A stretch of DNA of 51,986 nucleotides from a virus (taxonomy: Duplodnaviria > Caudoviricetes), in the IMG/VR virus record IMGVR_UViG_3300047409_000500, positions 1 to 51,986 of that record. One strand, written 5' to 3'. Numbering within the stretch: the stretch's first letter is position 1; every line of letters starts with the position of its first letter. This document shows, piece by piece, positions 44,252 through 51,986 of the stretch. The notes under the pieces are model-generated. The model was not told the DNA's origin. It saw only the letters and a program-made list of their open reading frames with translations, and made no database searches. The translations under genes were made by a program, and so were the position numbers.

Positions 44252-45592
44252 TTAGCTGGCCTGGATGCGCCGCCCTTTGGGTACGAAGCTCAGAACCCGC
44301 AGGGCTTCCGCCGCCGCCGTGTCCTGATCGCCGCCCGTGCCGAGTCCTACGGTCGGATTGTTGAGCCGCTTCATCTCGGTTTCGAGGGCATTGGCCGCTG
44401 CCGGGGCCGGGGCCGCCGCCGCCGCAGCCGGGGCCGCCTTGAGGATCCGCCGCACGGTATCGACGTCGTGATTGGTTTCGAGGGCCAGGGTACGCGCGAG
44501 GTTCTCGCGGCCTTGCGCTTCCTCGCAAGTCAGAATCGCCGTGATGCGCTGACGGTCGGCGCTGACGGGATCGGGTGGGGCCGCCGCCGCCGGGGCGGGA
44601 ACGGGCGCGGGTGGGGCCGGATTAGGGGTCGGAGCCGCTGTTGCAGCCGGGGGTGCGGCGGGCGCGGGCGGATCGGTTCGTATAGGGTCGGACATAGGTG
44701 CCTCCTGGGACGATCTGGCGGCCGGAGCCGCATTGCTGAGAAACGGAATCGGACGGGCGTCGGTGGTAGCGAGGCCCGCAATCAAGGGTTCGAAGCTGCC
44801 GAGCGCATCGGCCATTCCGGCGGCGATGGACTGCCGTGCCGGCACAATCGCGCCGCGCCCGAAATCGCTGGTCACGCGGTCGGCGGTCGTGCCCCGGAAT
44901 TGCGCCACGCGCCCGATGAAGAGGTCGGCCAGCGAGTCGGCGATCTTGCTCAACTGCGCCCGGCCTTCCTCGGTGCGGATGTCGGTACGCTTCAGGGGTG
45001 ATTGGGACGAAACAATCTCGTACCGCCTCACCCCCTGGCGTTCCTGGGCATCCCGGTTGTCGGTAACGGAGACGACGACCCCGATGGATCCCAAGAAGGC
45101 GCTCTCGTTGGCGATGATCCGCGAGGCCGCGGAAGCCACCCAGTAGCCGCCCGAGGCCGCGAGGCCATCGACGTAAGCGGTAACGGGCTTCTTGGCCGCC
45201 CCGGCGCGGATTTGATCGGCGAATTCGTTGATGCCGTCCACCTGACCGCCCGGCGAATTCACATTCAGCACGATGTGCGATACGGATGGGTTGTCGACCG
45301 CCGCCTTGAAGTCGCGCGCCAGATTCTCAATCGACGTCGCGCCGCTGATCTCGGTGAACACATTCGCATAGCGGAATAGCGGCCCCTCGACGCCCAACAC
45401 GGCCACGTTGCCATGCATCTCGACCCGGCCCCCGGTGTTTTCCAGGGGTTTGCCGATGCGCGCCACCACGGCCTCCACGTCGCCGCTTGACCGCTCCAGG
45501 ATTTCGAGGATGGTATTCATGCCGCCGTGGGTAATCGCCCACGGCCGCTCTTGAATCTCGGCGAGGATGTGCAGTAGGGATCGATTTTTCAT
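44252..45592 (-). CDS. S49 family prohead protease with scaffold-like C-terminus (gpC-like)
   Basis: NSPGG, AASGGYWVAS, GSIGVV motifs. Confidence 0.9.
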   Translation of the reverse strand: MKNRSLLHILAEIQERPWAITHGGMNTILEILERSSGDVEAVVARIGKPLENTGGRVEMHGNVAVLGVEGPLFRYANVFTEISGATSIENLARDFKAAVDNPSVSHIVLNVNSPGGQVDGINEFADQIRAGAAKKPVTAYVDGLAASGGYWVASAASRIIANESAFLGSIGVVVSVTDNRDAQERQGVRRYEIVSSQSPLKRTDIRTEEGRAQLSKIADSLADLFIGRVAQFRGTTADRVTSDFGRGAIVPARQSIAAGMADALGSFEPLIAGLATTDARPIPFLSNAAPAARSSQEAPMSDPIRTDPPAPAAPPAATAAPTPNPAPPAPVPAPAAAAPPDPVSADRQRITAILTCEEAQGRENLARTLALETNHDVDTVRRILKAAPAAAAAAPAPAAANALETEMKRLNNPTVGLGTGGDQDTAAAEALRVLSFVPKGRRIQAS

Positions 45593-47277
45593 GCGGGCGC
45601 TCCTTGCTGCCCCGGGATGGGCTCGGGCGGGGTGTTGTCCTGCGGCGGCGGGGCCGTGCCGGGCGGCGGCGGCGCGGTGTAGAGGCCCAGTTCCTTCAGG
45701 CGGGCAATCTCGACGGCGCGCTGCTCAATTACGTCGTTCCAATCGAGCCCCTGCTCGGCGCATTCCATCTCCAGAGTGGAGATCATGCTGTCCATGCGCA
45801 GTTGCGAGGCCGTGGCTTCCTTCACGGGATCGATCCAGCCCCGGCCCGGCCCGATCCATTTGGCTTTGGTGTAGTACGCCATGTTGGCGTAGAAGTCGGG
45901 CGCGTCGATCAGCCCGGCGTTGACCGCTTCTTCCATCCAGAGGCGGTAGACCGGACCCGCCCAGTAGGTCGCCAGCCACACCCGGCGATTGGTAAAGAAG
46001 CGCCACGCTTCGAGCAGCGCGGCGCGCGCCGAGGAATAGTTGGTCTTCGAGAAGTCCTTGAGCACAAGCTCGTAGGGCATCCCGAGGGCGGTCCCGATCT
46101 GCCGCGAGACGGCTTCGACAAAGTTGGAGAATTGCGGGGCCGGGCGCGCCGGAACGAACGGCGTCATCTTGTCGCCCGGGTACAACGGGATGAAGGTCCC
46201 GCCTTCCAACTGGATGCGGTATTCCCCTTTGGTGGCGAGGTACTGATTGGGGTCGCCGCCCATCATCTCGGCGATGCCCGCCGGGTCGAGGGGCGTCTCG
46301 ATCACGCCCGCCACCAGGGAATTGACGATGGACGATTGCAACTCCGTGCGCTGGTAGCTGTCCAGCATCCGAAACTGCTCAATCACCGGGGCCAGCAGCG
46401 GCTTGCCGCGCGTTTGATCGACGCGCTCCTGGGCCATGCAGTGAATCACGCGCTTGCGCCCCCAGACGGTCTCTGCCGGGATGCGTTCCCATTGCGTCGC
46501 CAGGAACGGCAGCAGCATCCCCATCCAGGTCGCCGATTTGCGGATGTAATAGGCCCGGGGCCGTCCGTAATCGTCCGTTTCCACCCCGCCGCGCAGGTTC
46601 GTTGTCGGCACGCGGTCCAGCGGGTTGCCCAGGCGGTCGGTGTCCACCAGCTGCAGGCAAGTACGGAACGGGGATTCAGGCCGCTCCAGCCACAGCGGCA
46701 GCGCCAGCGCCTCGCCGTTCTGCAGCGTCGACCGGAACACCAGTTGCGTCATCGAGGCGAAATTCTGGCGGCCCGCCGCATCGCAGGCGCAGGATTCGCT
46801 CCACGTGCGCCAGAGGCTTTCCACATCGCGGCTCCACTGCTCGGCCCACACGATATCGCGCCCCAAGGCCCGGTAATCGGGCGAACAGGAGAGGCGCAGC
46901 CCGATCCCGACCGTGTTGTCCTGCAGCGTTTGAAACGCGCCCGCCGCCACTCCGTTGTTGCGGTCCAGATCGCGGGATCTGGCAACCAGCAAATCCTGAT
47001 CCGGTAGCAAATCGGCGTCGGCGGGGGCGCGTACGGGCTGCCAGTTGGAAAGCTGCTTCCGCACCGTGGAAGCCCCGGCATACGAAGAATCGCGGTAGCA
47101 CCCGCTGCCATATTGCACGCCCGGGCTCGGCGAGGCCGGATCCTGGGCCTCGTGGCCGCCCCAGGCGCGCGCCAGCAGCCGCCGTAATCCCGTTGGCGCC
47201 GATGTAGCCCGTTTCGGTGCCTCAACCGGGGTTAAGCGCTTGATTTCGTTGCGATTTGGCAGTGGCGCTGCGCTCAT
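45589..47277 (-). CDS. lambda-family portal protein
   Basis: ARSRDLDRNN, QTRGKP, NYSSARAALLE, WIDPVKE motifs. Confidence 0.93.
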   Translation of the reverse strand: MSAAPLPNRNEIKRLTPVEAPKRATSAPTGLRRLLARAWGGHEAQDPASPSPGVQYGSGCYRDSSYAGASTVRKQLSNWQPVRAPADADLLPDQDLLVARSRDLDRNNGVAAGAFQTLQDNTVGIGLRLSCSPDYRALGRDIVWAEQWSRDVESLWRTWSESCACDAAGRQNFASMTQLVFRSTLQNGEALALPLWLERPESPFRTCLQLVDTDRLGNPLDRVPTTNLRGGVETDDYGRPRAYYIRKSATWMGMLLPFLATQWERIPAETVWGRKRVIHCMAQERVDQTRGKPLLAPVIEQFRMLDSYQRTELQSSIVNSLVAGVIETPLDPAGIAEMMGGDPNQYLATKGEYRIQLEGGTFIPLYPGDKMTPFVPARPAPQFSNFVEAVSRQIGTALGMPYELVLKDFSKTNYSSARAALLEAWRFFTNRRVWLATYWAGPVYRLWMEEAVNAGLIDAPDFYANMAYYTKAKWIGPGRGWIDPVKEATASQLRMDSMISTLEMECAEQGLDWNDVIEQRAVEIARLKELGLYTAPPPPGTAPPPQDNTPPEPIPGQQGAPA

Positions 47278-47531
47278 GGGCACGCCTCGATGTTGATGGG
47301 CCGCCGCCGCATCGCCGTGGTGCCGAGCGAAGCGGCGCAATCGGCGGCCAGACTATCGATCAATCGCTGCAAATCGGCGATGGACCCGCGGTTGTATTCG
47401 ACCCGGCCAAGCTGCGGGGTATCGACGACGACGACGCTCTGGCCCGAAGCCAGCAGGTACATCTGCGCTTTGGCCTGGGCGAGTGCCTCGCAGGGCGTAA
47501 GGGGCGCGGCGGTGGCTCGTTGGTTGATCAT
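47274..47531 (-). CDS. head-tail adaptor gpW-like
   Basis: Between terL and portal; RVEYNRGSIADLQRLI. Confidence 0.75.
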   Translation of the reverse strand: MINQRATAAPLTPCEALAQAKAQMYLLASGQSVVVVDTPQLGRVEYNRGSIADLQRLIDSLAADCAASLGTTAMRRRPINIEACP

Positions 47532-49462
47532 TCCGGGATCTCCCTGGCCCGAATCGGGCGGAATTGCGGTACGGGGGTGGCGGTAATCGACGGTTTGGCC
47601 GCCGAGGCGGGCTCGGGCCGCTCGATGGTGAGATTGGCTTCCATCTCGTCCCACCGGGCCGCGCTCCAGGACTCAAATCGCAGGCTGGCCGCCGCCGCCC
47701 GGGCATAGATGCGGCAATCGAGCGCCTCGTTGCGGTCGCGGCGCTTCTCCCACACGGTACGGCGCAGGCCGCCCTTGCTGGTGCGCGTCACCAGCTGCTC
47801 GGCGGTCAGCTGCTCGAAGTATTCCTTCGAATATTGCGGGAAGTGGCAGAATCCGGTCGGCCAGGGCTCCCCGGCCTCGCGGTCGGGCATTGAGCACCGC
47901 AGCCAGCGGTAAAGCTCCTCTTTGGCGATGGAGCTATTGATGGGCCACAGGCGGATGCCGTATTTCACCCGGCCATGTGGCCCCACCTCAATCAGCGAGG
48001 GCGCGCCGATCAGCGACGAGACACGACTATCGCCCTTGACCGCCATGACCCGCTGAGGAGACATACGGCGTACGAAATCGTAGACTGCCGTGGTGTTGAA
48101 ACCGGAATCAATCGCCATCTTGGTGATGCGGGTGCGCCCGCCGTAAGCGGTGTCAAAATCCTCATCGAGCAGCTTGACCAGCTGGTCCCAGACGGCGGGC
48201 TGCGTGGTGTCGCCTTCGAACACCCGGTAATCGATGCTCCACGAGAGCCGCTGGCGGCCCCAGGCGACGATCTCCACCTCCAGGCGCTTCAACTGCACGT
48301 CCACCCCGGCGGTGAGCAGCAGGCCGCCGTGGGGGATTTTACCGATGTCGTAGATTTCGCGGCGCTCGTAGAGGCGGTCGGTGTCGGGTACCTCGCCGAT
48401 GTCGGTCCACGGCTGGCCGAGCACGGTGTTCTGAAAGACTTGCAGCTTCTCCCGGTCGGTCCCGGCATCTTCGTACTGCTTGGCGATCTGGCCCCAGGAA
48501 AGCCACCCCACCGGGGAATAGAGGCTCGAGAGGTGGTAGCCGTGGATCCGGTCGTCTCCGGTAATCTGCTGCGGCTGCCAGACGCCCTGCTCCAGCATCC
48601 GTTTTTTGGCGTGATTGGGAATCGATCGCCCGCAGCCTTCGCACATGTAGTGGGCCGCGTCGGGATTCTGCTTCGGCCAGCGAAGCTGCTCGAAGCGCAG
48701 CACTTGACTCAACGCGCAGAACGGGCACGGCACCCAAAACTGGCGCATATCGCTGTCGTTGTAGAAGCGCTCGATGCGGCTTTTGCCGCTGAGTACCGGG
48801 GTGGACACGATGAAGATTTTGCGGCGCTGCGAATAGTTCGAAGTACGCGCGATGGCCAGATCACAGGGCTCCCCTTCCCCGTCCACATCGCCCGGGTAGC
48901 CGTCGACCTCGTCCAGAAACAGATACCGGGCCGACATCGAGCGCAGCCCCTTGGCGCTGTTGGCCCCCGTCATCACCAGGATGCCGCCGGGGTATTCCTT
49001 CGCCAGCACCGTGTTGCCGCTGTCGCGCGACCGCGCCTCCCGCACGAGGCCGCGCAACACCTCCGATTCTTCGATCAACGGCCCGATGCGCTGCTTCGAA
49101 TTGCGCTTCGCCATATCGGTCGTGGGCTGGACCGCCATCATGGGCCCTGGAGCCATGTGAATCGTGAAGCCGATCCAGTTGTTGCCGCACTCGGTGCCGC
49201 CGATCTGGCTGCCCTTCATGAAAATCACCGTGTGGCACTTCGAGCGCGGCGACAGATCGTCCATGATGTCTTTCAGGAACGGGGTCCGCGCGGTGCGCCA
49301 CTGCCCGGGCTCGGGCGAGGACCGCGATGTCAGGAAGCGATGCTTATCCGCCCATTCGGAGATGGTGAGATCGGGATCCGGCCTCGCCCCGGCCCTGGCG
49401 GCGCGTCGGTAGATCGTGGCGGCCGACAGGGTCGAGGGCTCCGTGGTGAGGAAATCGTTCAT
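47528..49462 (-). CDS. terminase large subunit (lambda GpA family)
   Basis: KGSQIGGTE, LFLDEVDGY, STP, GVDVQ, RNEALDC motifs. Confidence 0.95.
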   Translation of the reverse strand: MNDFLTTEPSTLSAATIYRRAARAGARPDPDLTISEWADKHRFLTSRSSPEPGQWRTARTPFLKDIMDDLSPRSKCHTVIFMKGSQIGGTECGNNWIGFTIHMAPGPMMAVQPTTDMAKRNSKQRIGPLIEESEVLRGLVREARSRDSGNTVLAKEYPGGILVMTGANSAKGLRSMSARYLFLDEVDGYPGDVDGEGEPCDLAIARTSNYSQRRKIFIVSTPVLSGKSRIERFYNDSDMRQFWVPCPFCALSQVLRFEQLRWPKQNPDAAHYMCEGCGRSIPNHAKKRMLEQGVWQPQQITGDDRIHGYHLSSLYSPVGWLSWGQIAKQYEDAGTDREKLQVFQNTVLGQPWTDIGEVPDTDRLYERREIYDIGKIPHGGLLLTAGVDVQLKRLEVEIVAWGRQRLSWSIDYRVFEGDTTQPAVWDQLVKLLDEDFDTAYGGRTRITKMAIDSGFNTTAVYDFVRRMSPQRVMAVKGDSRVSSLIGAPSLIEVGPHGRVKYGIRLWPINSSIAKEELYRWLRCSMPDREAGEPWPTGFCHFPQYSKEYFEQLTAEQLVTRTSKGGLRRTVWEKRRDRNEALDCRIYARAAAASLRFESWSAARWDEMEANLTIERPEPASAAKPSITATPVPQFRPIRAREIPE

Positions 49463-50076
49463 GCCGCCGCACCTTCCCGGGGGCTCGATTCGCGGTTGGC
49501 GAACTCTTCGAAGGCCCGGCGAAGCTCGACCATCAGGGTTTCGTAGACCACGGTGGCATCGGTCTCGGCGGCGATCTGCGCGCTCACCCGGTCGGGAATG
49601 TTGAAGCACGCATCGCGCAGGATGCGGAAGGCGTTGAAGGCTTCCAACTCCACCGATTTACGCGAAACCAGGTTGCCCAGGCGCTCTTCGTAATCGAGCT
49701 TCTTGATGCGCGCCTCGTAGATTTCCTTGGCGGCGCGCGCCTTATTGAAATCCGGCCCGGTGGCGAGGCGCTCTCCGCTGCCAAGCTCGGCGGCGTCCTG
49801 CTCGGCGTGGCGGATGGCATGGGTCGCGGCCCGGTGGCGGCCCGCCTGGACGTGCCCCGTGGCCGCCGGGGGATCCGCGCGGGGCTTCTTCGGTACGCCC
49901 AACTGGTCGACCCGGGCGTTCGAGTGCATCGTGTTCTGTTCCCACTCGCGGTCGGCCTGCTCGGTGTCGATCAAACCATCCACGCGGCGGGTGATGCGGC
50001 CCCGCTTCACGGCGTACTGCACTGCCGTGAGGCTGACGCCGCGATGGCGGGCGTATTCGGTGATTCCTAACAACAT
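49459..50076 (-). CDS. terminase small subunit (Nu1-like)
   Basis: N-terminal HTH YARHRGVSLTAV; ATGA overlap with terL. Confidence 0.8.
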   Translation of the reverse strand: MLLGITEYARHRGVSLTAVQYAVKRGRITRRVDGLIDTEQADREWEQNTMHSNARVDQLGVPKKPRADPPAATGHVQAGRHRAATHAIRHAEQDAAELGSGERLATGPDFNKARAAKEIYEARIKKLDYEERLGNLVSRKSVELEAFNAFRILRDACFNIPDRVSAQIAAETDATVVYETLMVELRRAFEEFANRESSPREGAAA

Positions 50077-50129
50077 GCCCTTCGCCTAATCCTTCCCGGG
50101 TGATACAATCTGCATCAACGGGTTGTACT

Positions 50130-51518
50130 TTAGGCAGACGGCTTCTGTTCCACGGGTTGCTCTGCCGGGTTCGCAGTCTTGGCCGCTGATCGCACAGCGG
50201 CCTTCTCTTTTTCCAGAATCAATCTCTCTCGCTCCACCTGGAGGTAGTTCGCCCCGGTGGCCGCCAGGATCGGCTGGCGCTTGGTGTAGTTGCGCCAGCG
50301 CTTCAGAATCACATCGCAATAGACCGGGGCAATCTCAATCAGCCGGGCCTTCCGGCCCAGGCGCTCCGCGGCGATTAGCGTTGACCCACTTCCCCCGAAG
50401 AAATCAATCACCAAATCGCCGCGGCGCGTGGAATTCATCAGCGCCCGCTCCAGAAGCTCGACGGGTTTCATCGTCGGGTGCTCCCGGTTGGCCTGGGGCT
50501 TCTTCTCGGCCCAGATGGTGGATTGCGTGTTGTCGCCGTACCAGAGGTCGACGTCGCCCTTGCGGTGGCAGTAAACAATCGTCTCGTGCTGTTGCTTATA
50601 GCGGTTGAACGTCATCACGAAGTGATTCTTCGCCCAGACGATGTGGCAGCGGATTACGAACCCGGCCCCTTCCAGCGCGCACTCGAAGGCCGTATGGCGC
50701 ATCAGCGCCAGGAAGCAGTACATCGACCCGCCGGGCTTCAGGCAATCGGCGTAAACCCGCATCGTCGCGTCGATGAAGTCCTGGAAGTCCTCGGGCGAGG
50801 CGTCATCCTGCTCGATTTGGTCGTGGAGCTTCTCCCGCTTGCCGTTGACCCGCGATTCGCGCCGCGACCGGGCGCTGTGGTGGTAATCGACGTTGTAGGG
50901 CGGGTCGGTCAGCACCAGCTGCGCCTTCTCGCCCTCCATCACGGCGTCGACGGTCGCCGGATCCAAACAGTCGCCGCAGACCAGCCGATGATTCCCCAGG
51001 AGCCAGAGGTCGCCCGGGCGCGACACCACATCTTCCGCGGTTGCCGGCGCTTCATCGGCGTCGGTGTCGCCCTCAATCGGATCGCCCGAAGCTTCGAGTA
51101 GCTCTTCCAGTTCCTTTTCAGTGAATCCCGTTACGGTGACATCGAAGTCATCGGCCAGGAGTTCCTTCAACTCTTCCCGCAGGAGCTTCTCATCCCACCC
51201 GGCGTTTTCGGCCAGCTTGTTGTCGGCGATGATGTAGGCGCGCTTTTCGGCGTCCGACAAGTGCCCCAACGGGATCACCGGGGCTTCCGGCATCCCGAGC
51301 TTGTAGGCGGCCCGCAGCCGGGCGTGGCCCGCCAGGATATCCCCGTTAGCCTCGTCCACCAGGATGGGCTGTGTGAAGCCGAATTTGATAATCGAGGCGG
51401 CGATCTGGTCGATCTGTTCGTCGGTGTGTGTCCGGCTGTTTTTGGCGTAGGGCATCAAGCGCCCGAGCGGCCACATTTCCACACGATTTGCCATCGCCGG
51501 AATCAAGAAGTTAGACAT
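50130..51518 (-). CDS. ParB-like domain fused to N4/N6 DNA methyltransferase
   Basis: ILAGHARL/IIADNKL (ParB-N); DPPY, HPTMKP, FGGSGST (MTase). Confidence 0.9.
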   Translation of the reverse strand: MSNFLIPAMANRVEMWPLGRLMPYAKNSRTHTDEQIDQIAASIIKFGFTQPILVDEANGDILAGHARLRAAYKLGMPEAPVIPLGHLSDAEKRAYIIADNKLAENAGWDEKLLREELKELLADDFDVTVTGFTEKELEELLEASGDPIEGDTDADEAPATAEDVVSRPGDLWLLGNHRLVCGDCLDPATVDAVMEGEKAQLVLTDPPYNVDYHHSARSRRESRVNGKREKLHDQIEQDDASPEDFQDFIDATMRVYADCLKPGGSMYCFLALMRHTAFECALEGAGFVIRCHIVWAKNHFVMTFNRYKQQHETIVYCHRKGDVDLWYGDNTQSTIWAEKKPQANREHPTMKPVELLERALMNSTRRGDLVIDFFGGSGSTLIAAERLGRKARLIEIAPVYCDVILKRWRNYTKRQPILAATGANYLQVERERLILEKEKAAVRSAAKTANPAEQPVEQKPSA

Positions 51519-51699
51519 AATCGTGTTACGAATTACTAAATTCGTGCTACCAACGCTTTGCCCGCGATTATGCAAGACAAATCTCACCGTGTCAAGCGCC
51601 GAAGCGCCGCGCCGCCATGAAGTTAGCCCGAACCATGCCGATTCTTGACGTCTTGTACTTGTCGCACGGCAGCCACAGTGGAAATTGCAGCGGAACTGT

Positions 51700-51830
51700 G
51701 CAAAACGCTGTAAACGATTGAAAACAAAGCGTTTTTACCCTCTGACGCTAGCGCACTGGTGCGGGCGGCGAGCCCCCAGGCCGCATAATCGGGGGAAGTA
51801 CCTATGTTATCAACGACTTACGGGGATTTC
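51700..51830. promoter_or_regulatory. putative packaging (cos-like) / late control region with IHF site
   Basis: Exact IHF consensus TATCAACGACTTA at 51808-51820, upstream of the MTase-terS-terL block. Confidence 0.4.
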
Positions 51831-51986
51831 GCCGCGCAGCCACCTGGGCGGGGTGGATCGGGAGGTGAGGCGGGGGGTTAAACCGAGGATAAACGGGAGC
51901 CACCTGCCGATGGTGTACGGGGGTGGCCACGTGGCGAAAAAAAGGCGATCAAAATCGCCCCAAAAAAAGGCGAAAAAAAGTTTCCG

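Noticed and set aside
29485-49546. Long plus-strand ORFs (e.g. 29485..31116, 32281..34272, 38982..40604, 42568..44232, 47975..49546)
   Set aside because: Antisense shadows of high-GC structural genes; no motifs

Overview
The window looks like a near-complete, probably whole, ~52 kb temperate siphophage genome in its free form: the integrase and a putative attP are internal, and no host genes are visible. The host may be an Acidobacteriota, judging from the style of the integrase and excisionase (inference). Almost all genes are on the minus strand. From right to left: ParB-DNA methylase, terS/terL, lambda-like head genes, neck and tail genes with a G/GT-type -1 frameshift, tape measure, tail tip and fibre, an XRE repressor, YqaJ/RecT-like recombination genes, an unusual locus at ~16.9-20.6 kb, excisionase/integrase/attP, VRR-NUC and a replication initiator with iterons, then many small accessory genes (DUF3768, DUF3489, a second decoration-fibre protein). 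The standout is the 16.9-20.6 kb locus. A 245-aa protein with Cas7/RAMP-like motifs and a 160-aa partner are flanked by two long non-coding arrays of GG(Y)NN pentamers. A recurring GGCA-GG(C/T) punctuation divides these into ~50-85 nt units, and a third stand-alone unit lies next to the integrase terminator. This is a candidate RNA-guided (VIPR-like) system with no CRISPR repeats. All protein assignments come from motif recognition by eye; no database searches were run.
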